Made by a program: the position numbers and the translations under genes. The notes beneath the pieces were generated by a model. The model worked only from the letters and a program-made list of their open reading frames with translations, did no database searches and was not told where the DNA came from. Shown piece after piece: positions 18,164 through 26,967 of a stretch of 64,000 bases of DNA. The DNA is from a bacterium (lineage in GTDB: Bacteria; Desulfobacterota; DSWW01). The DNA is taken from assembly GCA_040756235.1 (NCBI GenBank), contig JBFLZG010000065.1, positions 1 to 64,000 of the forward strand. The letters are read 5' to 3'. Every line of letters begins with the position of its first letter. The first letter of the stretch is position 1.

Positions 18164-20218
18164 TCACCCTCCGGACGCGTCTCGCTGCCCGGTCGGGGCT
18201 GTAGGCCCGCTCTCCAGCGGCCCTCTCTCCGCCGCGAGGCTCGCCGGCGGCACGCGCCATTTGATCCAGAAGTACTGGGTGCCGGCGCCGCTCATCCCCT
18301 CTACCTGAAAACCGAGCGCAGCGGAGATGGCGCGCATTTCTTCTTCCGCAAAGCTCACGCCGAGCCACGTGTCCTTCTTTACCCTGGCGTACTCGGGGCT
18401 GGTCACGCCGTGTACCTGGATCTTCACCGCACCCCCCGGCTTCACCACGCGCCGGATCTCGCGGAAGTTGCGCATGAGGACGTCCTTGGAAGGCACGTGC
18501 TGGAACACGATGAAGGAGAATACGATGTCGAAATAGCCGTCGGAGAACGGCTCCAGGCTGCTCCCGTCCGTTTCGTAGAACTTGAGGTTCGCACGTTCCG
18601 CGTGCAGGCGCCGGGCCCGGTCGATCATCTCCCCGGAGACGTCGACTCCGCACACCTCCCCGAAGGCATCGGCCAGGTGCCGCGACATCCGCCCCACCCC
18701 GCAGCCGATCTCGAGGAGGCGGAGCTCGCGCGGAGCGCGCGCGCCGCAGAGGAAATCCAGATCGTCCAGGATGAGCCGCTGCACGTCCCCTTTGCCGGTC
18801 TCGAAGAAGGCCGCCTCGTCCCACTGCTTGCGGTCGCTCTTGATGTAGTGCAGCGCGTTCTCGCCGGCGCGCCGGTTCCAGTCCTCCTTCATCTTCGCGC
18901 CGACGGCCGGGACTTCCCGCCGCACCCGGCCGGCCGCGCCGTCGCGGCCCGTGTCTGCGGCCAGCCGCGCCAGGTTCTCCCGGGGAAGGTCGAAGGTGCT
19001 GTCGATCTCGAGGGCTTTACGGAACGCTTCCGCGGCTTGCGGGATCCGGCCGCCTTCATAGAACGCGACGCCCAGATTGTTCCAGTTGCGCGCGTCCTCC
19101 GGCGCGATCTCGGCGAGCGCCCGGAAAAGCTCCGAGGCCTCGGCGCGGCGGCCGGTCGAGAACAGCGTCTCGCCCAGTCCGCTCAGGCGCCCGCATTCCC
19201 TGCGTACGACGTCCCAACGACGCCGCAGCCCCTGGACCTCACTCTTCAGGGCCTCGACCTCCCCCACGGGAGCCGGGGTCGGTCGAGGAGCGGCGCACAC
19301 CCGGCCGTGCTCCGCGCTGCCGCTCCCGGCCCGGCTCGCGGCAGCTTCCGCAACCGTCCCCGGAGGCGCCGCGTCGGCACACGCTCCGTCCAGGCCGAGC
19401 CCGGCCTTCAGGGAGGCCGCGGAGCCCTCCAGCCCCAGGCGCACCAGCAGCGGGCCGCACACCTCCGCAAGGAAGGCCTTCTGGCCGGCGGAGAACGCCT
19501 CCTGCCAGCGCGGCCTCTCCGCATCGGCTCCCTTGAAGGAGGAGTTCAGCCTCCGGCCGGCCAGCAACTCGGCCCCCGCAGGCTCGTAGGGGAGGCCGAG
19601 GAAATCCAGGATCCGCCGGAAGCCTTGCTCCCGGTCTTCGGACAGGTCCCTGAGTCGGACGCGAAGGCACGCGTCCGGCCGCTCCGCCTCGAATGCCAGG
19701 GCGGCCTCCACGAAGCGCACCCAGGTGCGGCAGGCCTCCTCGAAATCTTTGGCCCACGGCCACTCGAACCCGCTGTGCAGCATCGAGAGCACGACCTCGC
19801 CGGCGTCGCGCACGATGTGCACGAACCGGGCGCCGGGAAACATCGCGGCGATCGAGGGCAGATCCAGCGTGTACTGCGGCGTCTGCTCGACCCAGCGGCG
19901 CCCGCCCGAGCGGTCCGTATAGAGCGCGTTCATGCCGATGCCGATGAAGCGCAGGAATTCGTCGGGCGTCACGCCCTGCGCGGAAAGCCAGTGGTACTTC
20001 TGTCGCTGCGTCCCGAAGGCGTGAACTTCCCGGGCGCGGCGCGCCAGAGGAAGCAGGAAGTCGGACTCCTCTCCGAGCCACATGCGGGAATGCCGCGCCA
20101 GGGAATGGGACAAGACACTGGTTCCGGAGCGCGGGCATCCGATCACAAAGACCGGATCCGGACAGACGGACAGGGCTTCCCCGACGCCTTTTCCCGTCAC
20201 GGTGCATGCTGTTGCCAT
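18164..20218 (-). CDS. Sulfotransferase + TPR + class I SAM methyltransferase fusion
   Basis: FVIGCPRSGTS (PAPS loop), WVEQTP, HIVRD; PEDARNWNNLGV (TPR); LEIGCGVGRMS and FSFIVFQH. Confidence 0.85.
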   Translation of the reverse strand: MATACTVTGKGVGEALSVCPDPVFVIGCPRSGTSVLSHSLARHSRMWLGEESDFLLPLARRAREVHAFGTQRQKYHWLSAQGVTPDEFLRFIGIGMNALYTDRSGGRRWVEQTPQYTLDLPSIAAMFPGARFVHIVRDAGEVVLSMLHSGFEWPWAKDFEEACRTWVRFVEAALAFEAERPDACLRVRLRDLSEDREQGFRRILDFLGLPYEPAGAELLAGRRLNSSFKGADAERPRWQEAFSAGQKAFLAEVCGPLLVRLGLEGSAASLKAGLGLDGACADAAPPGTVAEAAASRAGSGSAEHGRVCAAPRPTPAPVGEVEALKSEVQGLRRRWDVVRRECGRLSGLGETLFSTGRRAEASELFRALAEIAPEDARNWNNLGVAFYEGGRIPQAAEAFRKALEIDSTFDLPRENLARLAADTGRDGAAGRVRREVPAVGAKMKEDWNRRAGENALHYIKSDRKQWDEAAFFETGKGDVQRLILDDLDFLCGARAPRELRLLEIGCGVGRMSRHLADAFGEVCGVDVSGEMIDRARRLHAERANLKFYETDGSSLEPFSDGYFDIVFSFIVFQHVPSKDVLMRNFREIRRVVKPGGAVKIQVHGVTSPEYARVKKDTWLGVSFAEEEMRAISAALGFQVEGMSGAGTQYFWIKWRVPPASLAAERGPLESGPTAPTGQRDASGG

Positions 20219-20291
20219 CACCCCCTCCTTCTGAACGATCGGACATTGCGAGGACCGAAGGTCCGCGGCAACCTCCCGGCTGTTTGCGAAC

Positions 20292-20320
20292 CGCAGGGGC
20301 GACCGGCGGTCGCCCCTGCG
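20292..20320. repeat. GTAG-type REP hairpin abutting the GSCFA stop
   Basis: CGCAGGGGCGACCGGCGGTCGCCCCTGCG; identical core at 58781-58807. Confidence 0.75.
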
Positions 20321-21340
20321 TCACCCGGCCTGGTCCGCTCCCTTCAGGTAGGCGCCCTGGAACAAGTCGATGATGTGCTGCACCATCCCTCCCTGGACGT
20401 GGCGCTTGTCCTCGATCCACGCCACGCCGCGGTCGGAATTCATCACGATCTCGTAGCTCGGGAAGTAGTCGACCCTCGAGTTCGCGGCGGCGAACTCCTC
20501 GGCCGCGGCCCGCAGGGTGCATTTCGAGTACGTGTTGGCGATCACCACGTCGCGTCCGGTGAAGGTGGTCTGGAGCGCCACCGGGGACACGGTCACCACC
20601 ACGTGGACGTCCGGGTGGCCGTGGGCCACGAGCAGCCGGTAGATCCGCTCGAGGTTCTTTCGGTTCTCCTCGAAGTTGAGCGCGTGGAAGGCGTAGCGCC
20701 CCGGCCCCGCGGCGAGGCGCATCTCGCGGCCCGGCGTCATGTTGATGTAGTGGCCGGTTTCCGCGTCCAGCCAGACCTCCACCAGGCCGAGGGTCAGCAC
20801 GACGACCCGGCAGCTCTTCACGCGCCGGGCCAGGTCCATCAGCTTCCGACGTCTTTCCAGCGTCCGCTCCAGGTCCACGAAGGCCAGGGTCGGGTTCGTA
20901 TGGGGATCCACCCAGTGGTCGTCGTCGAGCCGGATCAGGCTCCGCTCCGGAAAGGACGCCTCCGGGTCGAGGGCCCAGGTGAGCTCGTCCAGGATGGAGG
21001 CGGTGCTGTAGCGGTTGGTGAACCCGAGGGCCCGCATGCGCTCGTTGCGCAGCGGCTCTTCGTCGAACGCTCGGGACAGACTCTCGACCGCGAATCCCCG
21101 CTGGGCCATGGCAAGCTCGACCCCGCGGGCAAAGCAGGATCCGATCGCATAGAGCTTGTCTTCCGGCCGGATCGCGAACCCGGGCCGCAGCAGAGGCACG
21201 AACAGCGATTGATTCAGCCTCTGGAAAGCCAGGCAGCCGCCTGTCTCCAGCGGATCGGCCTCGCGCCGGTACCACTGGGAGCACGGGTTCGCTTGTGCCG
21301 CCGACAGGCTTTCCTTCGAGCTCTGCGCATAGATCGGCAT
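20321..21340 (-). CDS. GSCFA-domain protein (SGNH-like, glycan-locus associated)
   Basis: IGSCFA, LTLGLVEVW, VTVSPV, NTYSKCTLR, YFPSYEIV and DKRHV; AAAGGA SD before ATG 21340. Confidence 0.88.
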   Translation of the reverse strand: MPIYAQSSKESLSAAQANPCSQWYRREADPLETGGCLAFQRLNQSLFVPLLRPGFAIRPEDKLYAIGSCFARGVELAMAQRGFAVESLSRAFDEEPLRNERMRALGFTNRYSTASILDELTWALDPEASFPERSLIRLDDDHWVDPHTNPTLAFVDLERTLERRRKLMDLARRVKSCRVVVLTLGLVEVWLDAETGHYINMTPGREMRLAAGPGRYAFHALNFEENRKNLERIYRLLVAHGHPDVHVVVTVSPVALQTTFTGRDVVIANTYSKCTLRAAAEEFAAANSRVDYFPSYEIVMNSDRGVAWIEDKRHVQGGMVQHIIDLFQGAYLKGADQAG

Positions 21341-21402
21341 GGTTGTTCCTTTCAATCCGTCGGGGCGGACGGAACGAGAACCCACTCTCGTCTCATGGGC
21401 CG

Positions 21403-21418
21403 AGCAAAGGCCATGCCA
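21403..21418 (-). promoter_or_regulatory. sigma54 -24/-12 promoter
   Basis: TGGCATGGCCTTTGCT, about 60 bp upstream of the GSCFA start, heading the GSCFA-sulfotransferase-GT-GT run. Confidence 0.7.
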
Positions 21419-21526
21419 GCTCCGTGCCTGCGCGATCCCCCGCGGAATCGGCGCTTTCGGCAGGGCCCGAGATCCTCCGGTCGGGCAATTTGTGCCTACC
21501 GGGCCAGATCTGCCGGGGCGGGAGGC

Positions 21527-22351
21527 TCACGCCGCAGCAGCAGGCTCCCAGCGAGCCGGGTCCTCCTCGTCCACCCGCACGAGCCGCCCGAGCTGGTAAC
21601 GGAACCGGAGTCGCGGATCGGTCCTGGCCGTCAGCAGGGACAGACGCCCCTGCAGGGCCAGCGCCAGATTCTCGTCGATGTCGGCCGACGTGAGCAGCAG
21701 GATGCCGTTTCCCCACGACTGATGGGCGCGGCCCGGGGTCCGCAGGTGCAGCAGGACCCGGTAGCCGCAGCGGTCCGCCCAGTCCAGGGTCGGGTGTGCG
21801 GCCCTGTTCAGGTTCACGTCATCCACCAGGATCAGAGCGCCGGGCAGAAGGTACGGCCGGGCCTGCTCCAGGCCCTCCCTCTGGTGCTCGGCGGCATGAT
21901 CTCCGTCGTAGAAATAGAACCCGATCCCCTGCTCGACGAGGGCCGGGGGAGGCTCGGCAAAGAACCGGAGATAGTCGCTCTTGTAGAAGGCGACGTTGGC
22001 GCACCCGGCGATGTTCGCCCGGAGCGCGGCCTCGTTGCGGCCGTCGGGGTCGAACTTGGAGAAATTGTCGACGCCCAGACAGAGCCGCGCATTTCCCGAA
22101 GCCGCCGCCAGGAGAGATCTCCCCTGGTAGCTCCCGATCTCGAGATAGACCCCTCGGCCGAGCATCGACACGGCGGTGTTCACGAGGTAGGCCGTGTTCT
22201 CCGTCCCCATGCCGACGGTCCGTTCGCACAGGCCCTTCATCCTGCGGTCCCGGGGGACGAGCTGGCGGTCCCGCACCTCGTAGGCTTCCAGGAGGTGACG
22301 TGCGAGCGCCGCGAGGCCGGCGCCCTCATGCAGGAGCGAGGCACGGGTCAT
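21527..22351 (-). CDS. Class I SAM methyltransferase (Methyltransf_24-like)
   Basis: YLEIGSYQGRS, GVDNF, FYDGDH and LILVDD. Confidence 0.85.
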   Translation of the reverse strand: MTRASLLHEGAGLAALARHLLEAYEVRDRQLVPRDRRMKGLCERTVGMGTENTAYLVNTAVSMLGRGVYLEIGSYQGRSLLAAASGNARLCLGVDNFSKFDPDGRNEAALRANIAGCANVAFYKSDYLRFFAEPPPALVEQGIGFYFYDGDHAAEHQREGLEQARPYLLPGALILVDDVNLNRAAHPTLDWADRCGYRVLLHLRTPGRAHQSWGNGILLLTSADIDENLALALQGRLSLLTARTDPRLRFRYQLGRLVRVDEEDPARWEPAAAA

Positions 22352-23415
22352 GTGAACGATCCCTGCGCGGCGGGCCGCCCCGGTTCGCTCGCGCAGGCCG
22401 CCTGGCCCGCGTCTTCGGCCCGGACGGCCTGAAGGACCTGGTCGACGCGGTGCACGCTGCGGTGAAAGCTCAAGGCGTGCCGGACGCCCCGGGCCGCGAT
22501 CCTCTCGCGCTCTTCCCGCCGGCTCGGCGCCAGCATCTCCCGGGCCTTGCGTACCGCGTCCCGGATCGAGCGTTCATCCGCAGCGTCGTAAAAGAAGCAG
22601 TGCACCCCGTCCTCAAAATAGCGGGGCGTGGGAATGCCGGAGACGTCCAGAAAGCAGAGCGCTCCCGAGCTCATGGCCTCCCAGGTGCGGCTGTCTCCGT
22701 CCCACCCTTCCGGGAATGCGTTGAAAACGATCTTGGTGCGCGAAAGGAGCCGCATGAACGCGACCCACGGGTTCCCTGCGGGCGCGGCCATCACCCCCTG
22801 CCTCCCCCGGGCTCCGTCCGCGGTCACCTGCCCGATGCGGACCTCGAGCCCGGACCAGTCCGCGCCCGCGAGACCGCCGAGCACCTTGCCCCTGCGCCGG
22901 TCCGCGGCCACGACCGCCGGGTCGAAGTAATAGCCCAGGTCGATCGGCCGATCGCCATCCAGCGGCCTGGCCACCTCGACGTACGCGTTGAGCACGCCGT
23001 AGTTGAACGGCCGGACCGGTCTCGATGCCGCGGGCAAGGGCCTGCGCTCCGGGCCGGTCAGAAAGGATCTCTTGAAATAGGCCTTGCACCGCTCCAGGAG
23101 CACCCGGTCCAGGTGCGGCGAGTCCTTGAAGTCATAGACCACCACCTTACCGAACAAGTCCCTGCTTTCGATGAAATCGAGGTACTCGGTCAGGCCGAAG
23201 TGCTCCGGGTCCGGCAGGAAGATCAGATCGCAGCCGAGCATCCTCGAGCACAGCGGCTCGAAGGCCGTGGCGGCAGCGATCCGGCGTCCGAGGGACTGTA
23301 CCGGCTTGTTGAAGAACGGCAGGACTCCCGGATGGTCCACGAGCCCCTCGGCCACCATGAGAGGGAAGCGGCTTCCCTTGTCCAGAAGACAGACGACCGA
23401 GATCATGGACGGCAC
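22348..23415 (-). CDS. Putative GT-B glycosyltransferase (Glyco_trans_1_2-like C-terminus)
   Basis: TKIVFN, DSRTWEAMSSGA and RERIAARG..HALSFH; 4-bp overlap with the next gene. Confidence 0.7.
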   Translation of the reverse strand: MPSMISVVCLLDKGSRFPLMVAEGLVDHPGVLPFFNKPVQSLGRRIAAATAFEPLCSRMLGCDLIFLPDPEHFGLTEYLDFIESRDLFGKVVVYDFKDSPHLDRVLLERCKAYFKRSFLTGPERRPLPAASRPVRPFNYGVLNAYVEVARPLDGDRPIDLGYYFDPAVVAADRRRGKVLGGLAGADWSGLEVRIGQVTADGARGRQGVMAAPAGNPWVAFMRLLSRTKIVFNAFPEGWDGDSRTWEAMSSGALCFLDVSGIPTPRYFEDGVHCFFYDAADERSIRDAVRKAREMLAPSRREERERIAARGVRHALSFHRSVHRVDQVLQAVRAEDAGQAACASEPGRPAAQGSFT

Positions 23416-23481
23416 CGCTTTCCGGCCCCGCCTCCGGCGCGAGACGCGGCTGCGAGAGGGGGCTTCGGGGTCCGCTGGGGC

Positions 23482-24363
23482 CTACGCATCCAACGCATAC
23501 CCGTAGAGCGTGCACAGGCGTGCCAGAGTGGGAGTCCGCGCACACCCGGCGACCAGCCCGGCGTGCGCAGAGCCGCGCCATTTCCCGAGGTTCCGCTGAT
23601 CCATCTTGTGCACCATCGCCCGCACTTCCGCCGCATCCAGGAGCGGCGCACCGATGAAATCGGACAGGGCCGCCAGGGTGCCCTCGGGGTCCCCCAGAAG
23701 GGATTCATAAGGCAGCTCGAACACGGCCCGGCGGTCGAGCCGGTTCTTGCCGAATTCCCAGGCCAGGTTCCATTCCTCCCACTGGGTGCGGCAATCCTCG
23801 ATGGTGAAGCGCATTCCTCCTCCCGGCCGTTGGCGATCGTTGCGGTACCGGTAGAGAGACTCCATGGTGTCGAACGGGTGGCGCCGCAGGAAGACGAAGC
23901 GGGCACTCGGAAAGATCGCTTGGATCGCGTCCAGCTGAAAGACGTATTGCGGATACTTGTCGCCCCAGAAGAGCGGCTCTTCCAGGCCGAACGTATGGAT
24001 GTCGTAGCAGAGCTGCCTCAGGAACGCTTCCCGGGCCATCGCCTCGGCCCACGCCTCCAGGCGGCCGTCTTCGAGGTAAGACACGAGCACCTGCTCCGCG
24101 TTCCGGCGGATGGCCTGGCGGTCGGGCGCGCCGGTCGCACCGCCCAGCCTTTCCAGGGTGTGCAGGAATTCGGTCATGCGCAGGTTGCGGAACGCAGGCC
24201 GGCTCGTCGCGAGATCGTAAAACCAAACCAGCGCGTAGCGCAGCACCGCCGCCTCCACGCCGAAGGCCGAGCGCGGATGGCTCTGCAGCACCCGCGCCAG
24301 GAGGGTCGTGCCGGATCTCTGGCAGCCGCAGACGATCACCGGGGATTCGGGGGAACACGCCAT
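23482..24363 (-). CDS. Sulfotransferase family protein
   Basis: IVCGCQRSGTTLL, WGDKYP, FLRRHPFD and YESLLGDP; AGGAG SD before ATG 24363. Confidence 0.88.
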   Translation of the reverse strand: MACSPESPVIVCGCQRSGTTLLARVLQSHPRSAFGVEAAVLRYALVWFYDLATSRPAFRNLRMTEFLHTLERLGGATGAPDRQAIRRNAEQVLVSYLEDGRLEAWAEAMAREAFLRQLCYDIHTFGLEEPLFWGDKYPQYVFQLDAIQAIFPSARFVFLRRHPFDTMESLYRYRNDRQRPGGGMRFTIEDCRTQWEEWNLAWEFGKNRLDRRAVFELPYESLLGDPEGTLAALSDFIGAPLLDAAEVRAMVHKMDQRNLGKWRGSAHAGLVAGCARTPTLARLCTLYGYALDA

Positions 24364-24402
24364 GGCGGTCTCCTGAGCAGGTTCGAAGGTTGGCAAGCCC
24401 TC

Positions 24403-25272
24403 TCAGACCCAGTTCGCGAGGCTCCGGCCGAGCATCTCCTCGAGTGCGGGAATCTCCTGCGCGTAAGCCTCCCTGAGGTATTGCCTGTCCGCCGGGGACA
24501 TCGGCTCGTAGCTCTGGGACAGGATCTGCCTGGCCGGAGGCGGGCCCACGGCCTCCACTCCCAGGAAAGCGTAGATCTCCAGCAGCGTCCTTGCGTGCGC
24601 GCGGCTCAGGTCCTCGCTGGCCAACAGCATGACCTGACTGCGCGGGAAGCAACGGTACAGGTTCTGCAACTGCCGGGCATAGCGCCCGCGGTCCACGTAG
24701 CTGTGCCGGGCCAGCCCGTCCCGGTTTCCGCTCTCCCGATAACCCTGCAGGCGGGCCCCCTCCCTGCGAATCGCTTGCGCAAAAGCAAGCGGTTCCCGAT
24801 TCCGGGACTTCTCCATGATGAAATGCGAGTAGGCGCGCTCGATCGGGTTGCGCAGCAGGACGACGAGCTTCATCCGCGGGTTGTACGCGGCGAGCCTTTC
24901 GGCAACCTGCGGCAGATACATATAGACGGGAGTGGACTCTCCGGCTGCCTGGCCCGCCCGGTAGTTGGGAAAGGCGCGGTGGTACGCTTCGTAGTCGGGA
25001 TGCGGACCGAGGAACAGCGGCTCGCGGTCGAAAAAATGCACTTCCTTTCCGGGCGCGATGCAGATGCCCGGATGTTCGGACAGAAACTTGGCCAGGGCCG
25101 TGGTCCCGCCCTTCTGCGTGCCGGCGATCACGAAATCGATTCTTTCGGGGTGCCGGAACGCCGCACCGGCTGCCGGCGACGCGAAGGGCGGGAAGTACGG
25201 ATCCAGAAGGCCGGGCTTCTTCCGTCGTTCCCCGCCGCCGGATGCCCGCGGGCCGGCCGTCTCCTCTGCCAC
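24403..25272 (-). CDS. Sulfotransferase (heparan-sulfate sulfotransferase-like domain)
   Basis: DFVIAGTQKGGTTAL, KEVHFFD, GESTPVY, LLRNPIERAYSH and YVDRGRY. Confidence 0.9.
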   Translation of the reverse strand: MAEETAGPRASGGGERRKKPGLLDPYFPPFASPAAGAAFRHPERIDFVIAGTQKGGTTALAKFLSEHPGICIAPGKEVHFFDREPLFLGPHPDYEAYHRAFPNYRAGQAAGESTPVYMYLPQVAERLAAYNPRMKLVVLLRNPIERAYSHFIMEKSRNREPLAFAQAIRREGARLQGYRESGNRDGLARHSYVDRGRYARQLQNLYRCFPRSQVMLLASEDLSRAHARTLLEIYAFLGVEAVGPPPARQILSQSYEPMSPADRQYLREAYAQEIPALEEMLGRSLANWV

Positions 25273-25322
25273 GCTCCCTCTCCCTCCTCTCCCGCTCTAA
25301 CGCCCCGGTACAGCCTCCGTGG

Positions 25323-25350
25323 TTATCGGACGAACCGCGCAAAATCTGTA
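25323..25350 (-). promoter_or_regulatory. Putative sigma28 promoter for the sulfotransferase-sulfotransferase-GT-methyltransferase run
   Basis: TACAG-N15-TCCGATAA; spacer is one base longer than in the fliC and flgM promoters. Confidence 0.55.
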
Positions 25351-25415
25351 GAAGGCCCAGAGGCCGTGCGCCGAGAAAAAAATCACCGTGGCCGGCAAAC
25401 TCCGCCTCGCACGTA

Positions 25416-25442
25416 TCAAGTTTCTCCGCCGAACGGCGATAA
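25416..25442 (+). promoter_or_regulatory. Putative sigma28 promoter for the sulfotransferase at 25533
   Basis: TCAAG-N14-GGCGATAA; same spacing as the fliC and flgM promoters. Confidence 0.55.
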
Positions 25443-25487
25443 GTGACTGGACAGGTGCGTGCGCACGCTCGGACCGCCCCTGGGGCC

Positions 25488-25503
25488 GGGCACGACGGTT
25501 GCC
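25488..25503 (+). promoter_or_regulatory. Possible sigma54 promoter
   Basis: GGGCACGACGGTTGCC (GG-N10-GC), 30 bp before ATG 25533. Confidence 0.45.
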
Positions 25504-25532
25504 GCGCCGCACGGAAACCGCAAGAGGACGCC

Positions 25533-26672
25533 ATGAACGAAAAGCCTCGTCCGCCCCTCTGCATCGCAGGCATGCACCGCTCCGGGACTTCATTCCTCAC
25601 CCGCATGCTCCACTTCTGCGGGCTCGACCTCGGCGACCCGCGGGACCTCATGCCGCCGCAGAAGGACAACCCGGAAGGCTTCTGGGAGAATCTGCAGTTC
25701 GTCCGGCTGAACGACGAGATCCTGCAGAAGCTGGGCGGCGGATGGGACTTTCCGCCGGAGCTGGCGCCCGGCTGGGAGCACGACCCGATACTGGAGCCGC
25801 TCGTCGTCCCCGCGGCGGAAGTGGTGCTCGGCTTCCCGGCAGACCGCCCCTGGGGCTGGAAGGACCCGCGCAACTCTCTCACCCTGCCGTTCTGGAAGCG
25901 CCTGCTGCGCGGATGTCAGGTGATCGTCTGCGTCCGCAACCCTCTGGACGTGGCCGCATCTCTGCGCAAGAGGGCCACCAGCTCCGAAGCCTTCTCCCTT
26001 CATCTCTGGAAGACCTACCACGAATCGCTCCTCCGCGCCGGCCCGGATGCCTGCATCGTGACCCATTTCGATGCCCTGCTCGCCGAGCCCGAGCGTGAGC
26101 TGGAGCGGATCCTGCGGCGCCTCGACTGGAGCGTGGAGCCCGATCGGCTGCGTGAGGCAGCCGCGCTCGTGAAGCAGGGCCGCAGCGCGAGCCGCTCGAC
26201 GGAATTCGACCTCAAGGCCCGCGGCGAGACGGCTCTGCTGGACCTCTACCGGGCGTTCGCGGACCGGGCCGGCGACACCTTTCAGGCAATCCGCGCGCGC
26301 GACCGGCAGTACAGCTTCGGAGAGGGCTTCTATCCCGAGAACGGCGACTGGCGATGGATGGAAGGGTCCGGGACGGTCTACCTCGACCTGGCTGAAGACC
26401 GCGAGGTCGAGCTGAAGATCTGGTGCGCCCCTTCCGGGCACTACGACCGCTTTCCCTTTTCCCTGGGGATCTCGCAGGACGGGATGGAACCGTGCCGCAT
26501 CCAGGTCTCCCGGCCGGCGAAAGTGCAAGCGGTGCGGGTCCGGGTCCACAGGGAGCAGCCCTTCCCGGCCGTCCGCCTCTCCAGCCAGGAGACCTTCGTG
26601 CCGGCTCGCCTCGGCGTGAACCAGGACACCCGACGCCTGTCCCTGCGCGTCGGCGAGATCGGCGTGTGCTGA
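25533..26672 (+). CDS. Sulfotransferase family protein with C-terminal beta-rich domain
   Basis: IAGMHRSGTS, DNPEGFWEN, WGWKDPR and VRNPLDVAASL; C-terminal GFYP..WRW...DTRRLS domain. Confidence 0.88.
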   Translation: MNEKPRPPLCIAGMHRSGTSFLTRMLHFCGLDLGDPRDLMPPQKDNPEGFWENLQFVRLNDEILQKLGGGWDFPPELAPGWEHDPILEPLVVPAAEVVLGFPADRPWGWKDPRNSLTLPFWKRLLRGCQVIVCVRNPLDVAASLRKRATSSEAFSLHLWKTYHESLLRAGPDACIVTHFDALLAEPERELERILRRLDWSVEPDRLREAAALVKQGRSASRSTEFDLKARGETALLDLYRAFADRAGDTFQAIRARDRQYSFGEGFYPENGDWRWMEGSGTVYLDLAEDREVELKIWCAPSGHYDRFPFSLGISQDGMEPCRIQVSRPAKVQAVRVRVHREQPFPAVRLSSQETFVPARLGVNQDTRRLSLRVGEIGVC

Positions 26673-26709
26673 TTGCGGACACCCGCCGCACTCTTCTCAG
26701 GGCGAGATC

Positions 26710-26964
26710 GCGTGCGGTGGGGGCACCGCCCTCGGTCGTCTCGGGCTCAGAACGCTCCGGCTCTTCTCCTCCCACGGGGCGGAGACCATCGCCCTTCGGG
26801 CAGGTTCGCTTCTTCGTCCCTCGTCCCGGGCCGGGTGAATCGGGACACACGAGCCTGACGGGCACGGTATTCGAGTGACAGCGCTGCGTTCCACCGGCCT
26901 TCGGGACTCCGGGACGGCCTCCGCGACTCCCCCCCGCCTCCTCGTGCGCACACCCGCCGCACTC
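26710..26964. mobile_element. Structured MITE-like/ncRNA-like family B, copy 1
   Basis: Colinear similarity to 39136-39388; imperfect TIRs GCGTGCGGTGGGGG / CACCCGCCGCACTC; direct repeat 26674-26701 and 26945-26972. Confidence 0.65.
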
Positions 26965-26967
26965 TTC

